64,000 bases of DNA, taken from the NCBI GenBank assembly GCA_963726455.1, contig CAVSCK010000004.1:1696001-1760000 (forward strand), written 5' to 3'. The position numbers and the translations under genes were made by a program. Shown one piece after another: positions 1-9,835 of this stretch; within the stretch, counting starts at the first letter, position 1; each line of letters begins with the position of its first letter. The notes below the pieces were generated by a model, which worked only from the letters and a program-made list of their open reading frames with translations, had not been told where the DNA came from and made no database searches. Origin of the DNA: an uncultured bacterium (GTDB lineage Bacteria; Zixibacteria; MSB-5A5; CAIYYT01).

Positions 1-178
1 CGGATTTGACTTTGATTGCGTCATCTTTGAGATAGGTCGTGTAGACGTACGACTTCTTGGCCGAGTTTTCGATGCGTTTGTCCGTTTGCGACGCATTGAG
101 AGTTGCGCTACCCATCAATAGTAGCATTGCGACCCATGCCGCTACAGCTGCCAAGAAGAGTGTCGATTTGATTTTCAT
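1..178 (-). CDS. BON-domain (OsmY-like) periplasmic protein, 5' part only (runs off window)
   Basis: Not in the ORF track. Manual translation from ATG at 178 (GGAG RBS upstream) gives MKIKSTLFLAAVAAWVAMLLLMGSATLNA-SQTDKRIENSAKKSYVYTTYLKDDAIKVKS: a signal peptide followed by a BON-like start. Confidence 0.7.
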   Translation of the reverse strand, partial: MKIKSTLFLAAVAAWVAMLLLMGSATLNASQTDKRIENSAKKSYVYTTYLKDDAIKVKS

Positions 179-366
179 ACCGTTTTCTCCTTCACGTTTT
201 TGGATTTGTGCGTTGCATTTCCATGCATTCTTGAGAAACACTTTGCGTCTTCGTTGAATTCCAGAACCTTTCTTTTCACCAGTTTACGCCCGTCTCTGCG
301 CGATGGCTGCGACGCGAAGAGCGTGGTCAATCTTAGGTTCAGTACCCGCGACGTCCTTTGCATACA

Positions 367-861
367 CTACGTTCCGAACGTCCAACCTAGAGTAAACTTA
401 AAGTCGGGGGCGTCTACCAGGCCAAGCTTGCCCTCCAGGAAGAAGTGCCCTGACTCGCTGCCAGACGATCCTCTGCCAATACCAAACTGTAGATAGATGC
501 CAAGCTTCGACGTACTACCTCCGTGCTTCGCCGAGTAGAATACTGGCCCCGCCCCACCACCGAGATAGGGTGTCCAAGATCCCCAGTCTGAGCGAAACCT
601 GTAATCCACTTCAAAGGACGGAGCAATCGTCGTCAGGTTATCGCCAAAACCGATTTCCAGATTCGGTTGCATCATGAGGTTGTTCGCCAGATCCCCCAGA
701 TCGATATGGCCGCCCACATGGAACTGATCCGGATTGATCGTGAGTCCAAGTCTCGGTCCGATGCCGTGGAAACCGACCGGGCGTCTACCCGCAAAAGCCG
801 TGAGACTTAGTAGCACAGCGATTAACAACGCTGCGAAAATGATGTGTTTCATACTGTTCAT
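367..861 (-). CDS. Small outer-membrane beta-barrel protein (OmpA/OmpW-like 8-strand)
   Basis: Signal peptide (..LTAFA), alternating amphipathic strands, PYLGGGAG motif, C-terminal FTLGWTF. Confidence 0.7.
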   Translation of the reverse strand: MNSMKHIIFAALLIAVLLSLTAFAGRRPVGFHGIGPRLGLTINPDQFHVGGHIDLGDLANNLMMQPNLEIGFGDNLTTIAPSFEVDYRFRSDWGSWTPYLGGGAGPVFYSAKHGGSTSKLGIYLQFGIGRGSSGSESGHFFLEGKLGLVDAPDFKFTLGWTFGT

Positions 862-926
862 GTCGTTCCTTTCAATACATGTTCAATCGGAGATAGTCTC
901 GGATTGCCTGTCGAGGCAGACTTCCG

Positions 927-1571
927 CTATCTCAGAGCGATCTGTGTCGACTGACTCGAATAGAACACGACCTGCGAACCGGCTGCATGAAAGATGTCAT
1001 GCTTGCCGGTCGCTGCGGACAAACCCGTGCCGGCAGCCGCACCGGCAACCGCGCCGATTTCGGTACTGCCCTTCTTGTCAATTAGCTTGCCGACGATACC
1101 GCCAACTATGGCCCCACCACCGATCATGGCAACTTCGCGGGTCGTATGCGAAGCCTTTTTCTCTGCTATCGCGGTAGTGCCTACTTCAATCCAGCGTCCA
1201 TTTCGGTCCTGGATAGCCGTCAGACTGTAGTTCAATTCCGCTGGGGTTTTGAGATGACCAGATTGAACGACCTTGTTCAGTATTCCTTTCGCTCCGGCGC
1301 CATCCGCAAACAGGGTGTGGCCATCAACGACGATAGGACGGGAAAGTCTGGCGCGAAATTCCGCACCGGACAACTGAACATCAGTATCGATCGAATCAGT
1401 AAGAGTAACGGCAATGGCCGTGTTCCCCGGCATGGTAACATAGGTAGTGACCTTGGCTGCCTGGGCGACTGGCACCTTGCCAGTTTGTTGTTCCGTTGTG
1501 TTGCCGGTACCGCAAGACGCGATCACGAGCAACAGCGAAACGGACAAGAACAGACTAAGTATCTTAAACAT
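927..1571 (-). CDS. Lipoprotein with TrbI-like beta region and C-terminal glycine zipper
   Basis: Lipobox IASC; GGGAIVGGIVG...GAVAGAAAGTG glycine zipper; GGAG RBS. Confidence 0.65.
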   Translation of the reverse strand: MFKILSLFLSVSLLLVIASCGTGNTTEQQTGKVPVAQAAKVTTYVTMPGNTAIAVTLTDSIDTDVQLSGAEFRARLSRPIVVDGHTLFADGAGAKGILNKVVQSGHLKTPAELNYSLTAIQDRNGRWIEVGTTAIAEKKASHTTREVAMIGGGAIVGGIVGKLIDKKGSTEIGAVAGAAAGTGLSAATGKHDIFHAAGSQVVFYSSQSTQIALR

Positions 1572-1622
1572 GCTAACTCCTTGTGAATTTCGAATCTACA
1601 TTGTTATCCTAACCACCGATCA

Positions 1623-2231
1623 TTAACCCGTACTTCCGCTCCTAACTTGATCCGCAGCCGTTTCGGGGTTATCGTTTCGCATGAGATGTGCGAAGAGCTC
1701 ATCCCGCAGGAATCTGCGGCCCCGATTCAGCTTTGCTTCGATTGCATGCGGCTGAACGCCGGCCAGTTTGGCGATCTCTACGTTGGTAAATCCCTCGAGA
1801 TATGATAGAATCATTACAGACCGATACTCCTGAGGAAGACTGGCAATAGATCTAAAGTAGTTGACATCGTTGTCAGACTTACCAGGTATGGACGTCATCA
1901 GTGAATCATCGGCAGTCGTGTTCAGAAACAGTCGATTGTTCTTGATGAGGCTCACGTCAATGTTGTCAGCGCCGGACTGATCAATTGGCGACGACAGTCG
2001 GCGACGGCCGCTGAAGAACTGCCTGGTCAGGATTTTGTGCAGCCGAATATCGTAGCTTCCTTCCGGGATCTCATCATCCCAGGACCGATATGCCTCGGCC
2101 ATTGCCTCGCGCAGCAAATTGACGGCATCGCGTCCATTCTTGGTTAACCATAAGGCGAATTGGAGAAGCACCTCGACGTGCAGTGAGATCTTTTCCTTGA
2201 AGTCTGCTTCTCTCACGTTTTCGCTCATCAT
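1623..2231 (-). CDS. Divergent ECF-type sigma-70 factor
   Basis: Region 4 SLPQEYRSVMILSYLEGFTNVEIAKLAGV...KLNRGRRFLR; region 2-like LLQFALWLTKNGRDAVNLLREA. Start placed at ATG 2231 behind GAGGAG (ORF track extends to 2291). Confidence 0.75.
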   Translation of the reverse strand: MMSENVREADFKEKISLHVEVLLQFALWLTKNGRDAVNLLREAMAEAYRSWDDEIPEGSYDIRLHKILTRQFFSGRRRLSSPIDQSGADNIDVSLIKNNRLFLNTTADDSLMTSIPGKSDNDVNYFRSIASLPQEYRSVMILSYLEGFTNVEIAKLAGVQPHAIEAKLNRGRRFLRDELFAHLMRNDNPETAADQVRSGSTG

Positions 2232-2442
2232 ACTTAACTCCTCAACTTTCGTGCCGTGCTGCGATTCCGGGTTCTTTGGGTTCAGAGACATGAAGTCTCT
2301 GACAACTCATTCTGCCTTTGTCTATAGAGCATACGGCTAATTGTTCAAGCGAACAATCGCCCGGAGGGTTGAAAAGGTAGTTAGCTACTTGGGTATAGGG
2401 AGGGACTGCGGTATGTGAAGCCGCACGTTTACATCTTCGTTT

Positions 2443-3228
2443 CTAGAAGTTGAAACTGATGGTGAAGGGATAAACTGCGGACACTTGCACTGCCGATTCC
2501 TTCTTCTCGTGTAGGTCCACGACCCAACTCCCGACCAGGAAACCGATGGTGGCGCCGAGGAAGTCGTCGGATGTCCAGTGTTGATCCTGATAGACTCGGG
2601 AGATGAATGTGAGCGCTGCGGGAACATAAGCCAAAACCTTCAGAGTATTTGAGTGAGCATTCCGAGAAAGGACCGTCGACATTGCCCAACCGTTGGTGTT
2701 ATGCCCTCCGGGGAGCGAATGAAAGCCAAAGTCAGAAATGTTAAGCGGATGAAAATTGAATGCGCCTTTGTTCTCATACGGTCTTGCTCTGCCAAAGACT
2801 ATTTTAAGTGCCTGTGTGATTGTTTCCGAATACAAAGAAGCTTGCACCAGTTCAAAACCGATCTTCTTTGACGAAGAACTATTCGCCAGCCATCCGTGCA
2901 AACCGAACGCGCCCGCGATGACTGGTGGTGTGTACCATTCGCCCCAGACTCTGCCGGCTTCAATCGGAACGCTGTGATAATATCTTCCGTGATCTCTCAG
3001 GACGACGTCGCGAACAGGTTGGTCGACCTGCATCACCAAACCGGTAACCGCGACGATTGCCCCGAGTTTGAGCCAGTCGTTGCCGCGCCAATTGCCCGGC
3101 TGTTTGACGAAGTTAAGGGTCTCGTGCGTAAATTGCGAGACATTGTATCGGTTTTGTGCGAGCAGTGAGGATTCGCAAACGAGTAAGAGGAAGAACGAAA
3201 AGAATATCCTAAGTCGTATCATGTTCAA
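2443..3228 (-). CDS. PAP2-family phosphatase
   Basis: K..FGRARP, SLPGGH and SRVYQDQHWTSD motifs; signal peptide. Confidence 0.85.
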   Translation of the reverse strand: MNMIRLRIFFSFFLLLVCESSLLAQNRYNVSQFTHETLNFVKQPGNWRGNDWLKLGAIVAVTGLVMQVDQPVRDVVLRDHGRYYHSVPIEAGRVWGEWYTPPVIAGAFGLHGWLANSSSSKKIGFELVQASLYSETITQALKIVFGRARPYENKGAFNFHPLNISDFGFHSLPGGHNTNGWAMSTVLSRNAHSNTLKVLAYVPAALTFISRVYQDQHWTSDDFLGATIGFLVGSWVVDLHEKKESAVQVSAVYPFTISFNF

Positions 3229-3269
3229 TTGTTCCTCAAGTTTTCATATGAATTCCAGGCAACAGCAGC

Positions 3270-4823
3270 TCAGTCTTTGCGTTTGAACTGTTCGAAGTAG
3301 ACTTTCAGATACAACCTCTGTTCGGTCCGAACGAAATGGATGGCGTGAAAATCATTCGGATATCTATCACTATAATACACCAGATGTTCAAATCCCAGAC
3401 TAAGATTATTAACGAATCTGACCTCGATTCTGGGCCTGATGATGGCCATGTAATGATCCCCCTTGTGACCGACATAGGTGTGAATCCAATAGTAATAAGC
3501 AACGAATGTGAAATTGGCCCGCTTTCCCAGTTCAATCGTGCTTTCGGCCTTTCCTCCCAATCCGCCGCCATAATTGTAGTCTCGAAATTGAGATGTATCG
3601 GGCCCATAGCGCGTGCTGTTTCCGGCGAGAGGCACAACGCCGAGATGGACGCTGGTGTAAAGATGAGTATTCAAAATCAGAGGCAATTTGGAAATTGCGC
3701 CGCCCCCGAAAGTAATTGCGCCCAGTTCGAAGGTCTTGTTGTCCCAGAAGTCATAGTGTTGAAATAGCCCGACCAGCATTTCCAACGATCCGTACTGAAC
3801 ATTCGTAGCGGTGAGGACCCCGAGGCCGTTTATGTTGTCGAGGATCTTCCTCCCCACGCCGAAATTGAGATCGGTCCGCATCTTGAAGTAGTCAAAGGGC
3901 TTTCGGGACCTTTTCTCGAACGGATTTCCGTAATCAACATCGAGATTAAATGTGGCGCTGACAGATCCCGTACCAAATCTAGATCCCTGATTGAGTCTGC
4001 GGAATCCGGTGGACAATGTCGCGTTGAGCGGTTCTTTTTGATATATCTCTTTCGAGGTGTGTCTGAACATCTGCATCGACGTAAGCCGGCCAAATCCCCT
4101 CGACGGATCTATCGCGGCAGCGGCCAACTCTCGAAAGAACCTGTTCTTACCGGTTGCTCTGTCGTCCAAGACGTTGGAACTCAACCGGTAGAGTATCTCT
4201 CCGAAAAACGCGCCGCTGACGGGCGTATTGATGACATCGTTAAATGACGGTAGAGTTGTCTCCCCAAAATACTCGTACGTCAAACTGCCGCCGATAGCAA
4301 AGGGGATTGCTTCGTAAAAGCTGTATCCGCTGGAAAGTGCCGAATTGTAGTATCCCGCGCCCCCATAGGGATGAAAGAAGAAGTTCATGCCAAATCTGTC
4401 CGTATCCCATTCCCACCCGGTCTTTACATTATGTTTCCAGGAATTGAATCCGACCCTCGCATAATCATATCTCAACACATAATGGTCGGCAGCTGTTGTG
4501 GCAGCGTTAGCACCGACGACCTTCAAGGCAACAGACCACCATGGCTTTTTCGGATTGTATTCCGGGTCGTCATCCTTCAGATCACCGTACTTATTGTATT
4601 TGGTATAGAACAATGAATCTCTTGCCGAACGCCATTTGGTATTTAGCCCTGCCTCAGAATGGATTTCGATTCGTTTCTGGATGGCGGCGGTGTCTGCCGG
4701 TGTCTTGGGGCTTGGTGACATGACCGCCGCAGGCGTATCCTTATTCTGTGCTTGAAGAGTTGCCGACACCAGTATCGACAGCAGGAACACTTGGACTATT
4801 CTTATCATTGCCTTAGATAACAC
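3270..4823 (-). CDS. DUF3943-like secreted/outer-membrane protein
   Basis: WEWDTDRFGMNFFFHPYGG..YYNSA and GSLTYEYFGETTLPSFNDVINTP segments, followed by a beta-strand-rich C-terminal half. The real start may be a few codons downstream. Confidence 0.65.
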   Translation of the reverse strand: MLSKAMIRIVQVFLLSILVSATLQAQNKDTPAAVMSPSPKTPADTAAIQKRIEIHSEAGLNTKWRSARDSLFYTKYNKYGDLKDDDPEYNPKKPWWSVALKVVGANAATTAADHYVLRYDYARVGFNSWKHNVKTGWEWDTDRFGMNFFFHPYGGAGYYNSALSSGYSFYEAIPFAIGGSLTYEYFGETTLPSFNDVINTPVSGAFFGEILYRLSSNVLDDRATGKNRFFRELAAAAIDPSRGFGRLTSMQMFRHTSKEIYQKEPLNATLSTGFRRLNQGSRFGTGSVSATFNLDVDYGNPFEKRSRKPFDYFKMRTDLNFGVGRKILDNINGLGVLTATNVQYGSLEMLVGLFQHYDFWDNKTFELGAITFGGGAISKLPLILNTHLYTSVHLGVVPLAGNSTRYGPDTSQFRDYNYGGGLGGKAESTIELGKRANFTFVAYYYWIHTYVGHKGDHYMAIIRPRIEVRFVNNLSLGFEHLVYYSDRYPNDFHAIHFVRTEQRLYLKVYFEQFKRKD

Positions 4824-4852
4824 AGTTTGATCTGTCCTTTCAGATTGCGGAG

Positions 4853-5542
4853 CTAAGCGCGAACCTTGCGGTTTCGCACCGAAACCTTCTTGATCCCGCC
4901 CTTTGGAAGAGCAAAGGTAGCCAATTCCAGACGCGTGTGAAGAGCCAGCTTGTCCAGTATGTTGCGGACATGGCCTTTGACGGTAAAGACAGCGACCTTG
5001 AGTCTACGAGAGGTTTCGGTAATGCTCTTTCCCTCCGCTAGTAAAACAATAACCTCTTGCTCCCGTTTGGACATTTTGACGGCAGCCATCACGCGATCTA
5101 TTGTTCCACCCTGAATTGCGTTTTCCACAACATGAGAGAAAAGCGAATCGGCCATGGTCGGAGGCAGGACCTTCACTCCCTTGACAACCGATCTGATAGT
5201 GTGCAGAAAATCGTCCAGAGTCGCGTCTCTCGGAACATATCCTGAGACCCCGGCCTTGACGAGTTCGACCACCTGTGAATGTGCCGGGATCAAGTCCATG
5301 ACAACGACTTCCGCTCGAGGGCATTGCTTTCTGATTGCCTCGAGGACTTTCAAACTGTTTTGACTCTTGAGGCCCAGGTCGAGCAGTACGACGTCCGGCT
5401 TGAGCTTCCTGGCCTTTTCGAGGGCACTTATATTGCCGGCGGACGATATTGCCGAGATGTCCGCTTGTTCGTTGAGCATTGCGGTCGTCCCATCGCGCAG
5501 CAGGCGATTATCTTCGATGAGCAGAAGCTTAATCTTAATCAT
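4853..5542 (-). CDS. NarL/LuxR-family response regulator (copy 1)
   Basis: REC domain (LIEDN, DVVLLDLGL) plus LuxR HTH (SKREQEV...TVKGHVRNILDKL). Confidence 0.9.
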   Translation of the reverse strand: MIKIKLLLIEDNRLLRDGTTAMLNEQADISAISSAGNISALEKARKLKPDVVLLDLGLKSQNSLKVLEAIRKQCPRAEVVVMDLIPAHSQVVELVKAGVSGYVPRDATLDDFLHTIRSVVKGVKVLPPTMADSLFSHVVENAIQGGTIDRVMAAVKMSKREQEVIVLLAEGKSITETSRRLKVAVFTVKGHVRNILDKLALHTRLELATFALPKGGIKKVSVRNRKVRA

Positions 5543-5707
5543 AATTGATCGAGTCCTTTACCCATTGGTCAACGGTCCTTTCAAAGCTGATGAGTTCAGC
5601 ATGGGTAGGTCAAGGCCTATGTGTTCCTTGATTAGGATACGACCGCTATCGCGGTGAATCAATCGCTCGTAAGGATGAAAAAGGAGTTAGCTCTCTTGAT
5701 AGAGGTA

Positions 5708-6397
5708 CTAATTGCGGTCAGAGAGGGATCTGGTGGAAGTCTTTTCGTTCATTCCTTGAGAATGGGCGAAGGTTGCCAGCTCGAGGCGAGTGTGCAGGGC
5801 CAGCTTCTCCAATATGTTGTGTACGTGGCTCTTGACCGTGTAAACGGCAATATTGAGCTCGCTGGCGATCTCTTTGTTGCTTTTGCCGGCGGCGATGTGA
5901 CCAATCACATCTCGTTCACGGCTGGTCATTTTGACGGCCGATATCAACTTATCCACTTTGCCGCCCTGAATTGCATGCTCCACGATCTGGGAAAAAAGCG
6001 AACCCGCCATCGGCGGGGGGAGAATCTTTGTGCCTTTCACAACTGATCTGATGGTGTGCAGGAAATCGTTTAGAGTCGCGTCCTTGAGAATAAACCCGGA
6101 GACTCCCGCTTTGACAAATTCGACAACCTCCGCATGCGCCGGGACCAAGTCCATAACCACCACATGGGTCTCGGGAAACTGTTTCTTCATCGTCTCAACT
6201 ACTGTCAAACTGTTTTGGTTCTTGAGACCCAGGTCGAGCAACACAACATCAGGCGTCTGCTTCTTGGCCTTCTCGAAGGCGTCGCCGTTGCCGGAGGACG
6301 AGATAACCTTGATGTCCTCCTCCGCGTTCAGCATTTTGGTGATTCCTTCACGAAGAAGGCGATTGTCTTCGATCAATAAGACACGGATCTTAGGCAT
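5708..6397 (-). CDS. NarL/LuxR-family response regulator (copy 2)
   Basis: REC plus HTH (TSRERDV...GKSNKEIA...TVKSHVHNILEKL); close paralogue of 4853-5542. Confidence 0.92.
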   Translation of the reverse strand: MPKIRVLLIEDNRLLREGITKMLNAEEDIKVISSSGNGDAFEKAKKQTPDVVLLDLGLKNQNSLTVVETMKKQFPETHVVVMDLVPAHAEVVEFVKAGVSGFILKDATLNDFLHTIRSVVKGTKILPPPMAGSLFSQIVEHAIQGGKVDKLISAVKMTSRERDVIGHIAAGKSNKEIASELNIAVYTVKSHVHNILEKLALHTRLELATFAHSQGMNEKTSTRSLSDRN

Positions 6398-6686
6398 TAC
6401 GTAATTCCTCCTTCCTCAAATCTTGCGCCGAGCTTTGCTGAATTGATCCTTGTTCGACAACATAATTTAAACGTATTCAGCCAAGCCAAGGCAGAGCCAA
6501 TATATCGTTAGTGCTTTGGCACCGTCAAGAAAAAATCCGATGTTTTGGAACGAACGTGGATGGCGAGGCAGAGATTGGATAGCCATCCCCAGGGCTGATG
6601 GAGTCGCTCTAATATCAGGTCGTTCGGCGTGATAGGAACTGATCGGGTCTATTGCGGCTGATGGCTCCGTGACGGGACCGAATTGC

Positions 6687-8156
6687 TCAAACCCTCTTAA
6701 AATCGATGAATCCCCGTTCGACGTCCACATGGATCAGTTGAACGCGAATTTTGTGGCCCACGTCGATTCCGTCAAGTCCTTGCTCTAACTTGCCTTCAAC
6801 AGGGGGATAGAGAAGACGAGCCCAAGTTCCTTTGGGACCTGAACCAGTGACAATCGCATCAAATCGTTCCCCGATTCTGGATTCCAAGAGCATCGCTGCA
6901 GCGGATTTCGAGACTTGCCGCTCCACCTTGTTAGCGGCATCTTCTTCCTCTGTACAGTGTTTTGCTAGTGTCTCCAGTGCGTCAATTTGGTATGGGATAG
7001 GGTTGTTTCCGATGGCGGCTTTCAACAAGCGTTGCGTGATGAGGTCGGGATAGCGGCGATTAGGGGCCGTGGAATGAGTATAGTCTCGGACCGCCAGACC
7101 AAAATGCCCCGGAGCAGTCTCTCCCGGTAGTTCCGCCACATATTCGCCAGATCCCAAGAGCTTGATGATTGAGAGGGAAAGGTCAGGGAATCTCAGCGGG
7201 TCGGCCGCCTTCTGCTTCACCAGGAACTCCTCCAACGTTTTGGAATCCGGCTCAGCCGAGAGCTTGAATCCGTGTTCATCTGCAATCTCGACAATCCGCT
7301 CCCATCGCTTGGGCGTGCGGACGACACGGCGCAGGGAGGGAAACTGCTTGGCTGCGAGATATCGTGCAGTCACACCGTTAGCCGCAATCATGAAATCCTC
7401 GATAATGTTCTTCGCGCGGTTCGTCCGTTCCTCCTGGATATCGCGAAGTTCATCACCATCAAATATCGGTTTTGCCTCGATCGTTTCGAGAGCCAGGGCG
7501 CCATGCTCATGGCGGAAGCTTCTCATCTCCTGAGCCACCTTGTCTTGAGTACGAAGATTCTCATCGAGACCTTTCACCGCAGCGACCTCTTTAGGTATCG
7601 ATGCACTTCCGTCGAGCCATGCTGCAACACTATTATAGGCGAGTTTTGCGCGATTGCGAACGCGAGCCATGTAAATGTCCGAGTTTCGAACGGTACCGTC
7701 TGCGTCGACCTCCATTTCGACGACAACCGAAAGTCGATCCTCATCGAAGTTCAGGGATGTGAGATTGGTGGAGAGATTTTCGGGAAGCATCGGGAAGATT
7801 GCCCCGGCAGTATATACCGAGGTGGTGTTGTGACGCGCGTGTTCGTCGATTGCTGACCCCTCCGTCACAATCGAATCGACGTCTGCCACGGCAACCAGAA
7901 TCTTCATTTTGCTACCTGGAACCGCTATGGCAACTGTAAGCTGGTCCAGGTCTCGGGAGTCATCGTTGTCAATTGATGCCCAAAGCAGGTTTGTCAGATC
8001 TCGCACTTGCGCGCCATCCGAAGCTGCTGGAGCCTGAATCTTTGCAAGTTCCTCCAGCACCTCCGGTGAGAAGTCAGGAAGTAATCCCCGCTCGATCATC
8101 GCCTTCCGGGCGATTCGCTGGAGAATGGAGCGGTGCCGATTGTCTGTCGAATTCAT
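6687..8156 (-). CDS. RNB-domain exoribonuclease (RNase II/R family, short form)
   Basis: SIDNDDSRDLDQ, TTSVYT..IFPMLP, IIEDFMIAAN, HFGLA..YTHSTAPNRRYPDL; C-terminal S1-like domain; no N-terminal cold-shock domains. Confidence 0.9.
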   Translation of the reverse strand: MNSTDNRHRSILQRIARKAMIERGLLPDFSPEVLEELAKIQAPAASDGAQVRDLTNLLWASIDNDDSRDLDQLTVAIAVPGSKMKILVAVADVDSIVTEGSAIDEHARHNTTSVYTAGAIFPMLPENLSTNLTSLNFDEDRLSVVVEMEVDADGTVRNSDIYMARVRNRAKLAYNSVAAWLDGSASIPKEVAAVKGLDENLRTQDKVAQEMRSFRHEHGALALETIEAKPIFDGDELRDIQEERTNRAKNIIEDFMIAANGVTARYLAAKQFPSLRRVVRTPKRWERIVEIADEHGFKLSAEPDSKTLEEFLVKQKAADPLRFPDLSLSIIKLLGSGEYVAELPGETAPGHFGLAVRDYTHSTAPNRRYPDLITQRLLKAAIGNNPIPYQIDALETLAKHCTEEEDAANKVERQVSKSAAAMLLESRIGERFDAIVTGSGPKGTWARLLYPPVEGKLEQGLDGIDVGHKIRVQLIHVDVERGFIDFKRV

Positions 8157-8387
8157 AGATTCTGCCTATACAAATGGCTCCTGACTTTCATCGGCACCGC
8201 TCCAGATCCGCGCATTCGCTTGACCAGTAGTTCACGTCTATCAACTATCTGCAAATCGCACAGTTCCAACAGATTCTGTAGTCTCTCCCTGTGGCGCTGA
8301 TCCACTTCACCAATTTCCCCAAATAAACGTGCGACACAATCATTTCATTTGCCGGTGTCCTTGTGCCAATGTTGTTTGACCAGTATG

Positions 8388-8882
8388 TTATTTTCCTCCG
8401 CGGTCCTTGCCGCGCCCCTTGTCCTTGCCATTGCCATTATCATGCTTGTTTTGTTTTACCCAGTTCTTATGCTCGGGGTGCTGCGGGTTAACATAATACC
8501 TTGAGTCACGGCTGTCGCGGATCGTCTGCTGATCGTGACGGTCTTTATATGAGGCATATTGGTCCCTGTAGGTTGCGTCCCTTTGATACGGTTTCGGTTC
8601 ATTCACCACCACTTTGTATGAATTGTATAGGTCATATCCCCGATATTGGGCCGGTAGTGATGAGCCGCTCCTCCAGCGCCCTCCTTCAGAATAGAAGAAC
8701 CGATGCTGAGGAACATAGTAGTACACGTCAATGGCAGGCAGGTAGTAGTACTCAACATAATCGTAACCGGTCGGCCCCCAAATCGGCTGACGATCAATGT
8801 TGAAGTTGATACTGACACTTACTTGTGCAAATGCAGTGCTCGATAAAAGTACTGCTGCGATTAATACAAAAATGTAGCGCAT
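8388..8882 (-). CDS. Secreted hypothetical protein (Tyr-rich, basic Gly/Lys tail)
   Basis: AAGGAG RBS; signal peptide ending AFA-Q; QPIWGPTGYDYVEYYYLP motif; KHDNGNGKDKGRGK tail. Confidence 0.7.
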   Translation of the reverse strand: MRYIFVLIAAVLLSSTAFAQVSVSINFNIDRQPIWGPTGYDYVEYYYLPAIDVYYYVPQHRFFYSEGGRWRSGSSLPAQYRGYDLYNSYKVVVNEPKPYQRDATYRDQYASYKDRHDQQTIRDSRDSRYYVNPQHPEHKNWVKQNKHDNGNGKDKGRGKDRGGK

Positions 8883-9689
8883 GAAGTTTCTCCTTCGATA
8901 GTGCATGCGATTGAAATGGGTCCGGTCCCGATTCTTCGGAAATCCGTCTGGCCTGTTGCCAAGAGTGTCTGTCGCTTGATTGGTTGTTGAGTATTGCCTC
9001 CAAAGCAGGGGGATTAAGTTACCGGCTGCTCCTGCAAAAAGTATTTGCGAACCTTCGCAGCGACTTGATGGTCAGTCATCTTGTCTGCTGTTTCGATCAT
9101 TACAATTCGCTCACCAAGGTTGTCTCTTATAAGACGTTTCTTCTACTGGCATATTGAACGCGTTCTTCATTTACTCAGGAAGCCACGATCGCAACTGTGC
9201 TTGGCTTTCACCTCATAATATTACCGCAAGGTTTCTGCATCAGTCGAGCGAAAGTTCGATCAGACCGGATCTGCACATTCTGCAGACACCAGCAGAATAC
9301 AACTCCTCATCATTAGGGATACGTGGCTCTTCAGCAGTGAGTCAACAACCCGAAGGAGGAAAAAGGAGCTAGTCCATTTGATTGACGTAACTGACGTCGA
9401 CAGGCAGTAGACACAGGGGGGTGCCAAGGGTCGCCAAGACTGGGATTGGACAAGCACTGTTTCTCTAGCGACCATACAGAGAATCGCATCGCAGTTCTAA
9501 AATAATCCACTACTCGCAGATTCAATAATCCGCTCACTTGAAGACACAATTGTTCTTAGCCAGTGTCATCTTCTAGAATTATCTCGATTACCGACTTTTT
9601 CGCAGTGGCTAACGCGGAATAGTCACTCCTGTTCCCTGCCATTCTATCTCTCGGTCTTGCGGATGCAATATCCGGGAGCAATCTAGTTC

Positions 9690-9766
9690 TTGATATTCTT
9701 TTTACGCCCCACACTGGCCTTCTGACGTTTTTCTGACTCAATTCAGCCGTTAATACTCCATAAACG
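9690..9766 (+). promoter_or_regulatory. Putative KdpE binding sites upstream of kdpF
   Basis: TTGATA-ttctt-TTTACG-cccc (9690-9710) resembles the E. coli KdpE site TTTATA-ctttt-TTTACA-cccc; two further pairs with the same spacing at 9722-9738 and 9750-9766. Confidence 0.55.
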
Positions 9767-9835
9767 CAGCAGACATTTGCGCCAGGCATTTGCTCTTATG
9801 ATGGCCTGGCCAGAAAGTCTGATTGGGAGTATCAT

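Noticed and set aside
8900-9680. Long intergenic region before kdp, checked for a riboswitch, sRNA or small ORFs
   Set aside because: No recognisable riboswitch core; the short ORFs (e.g. MIETADK..., 28 aa) lack a clear RBS or motif. An Rfam scan would be needed to exclude an ncRNA.
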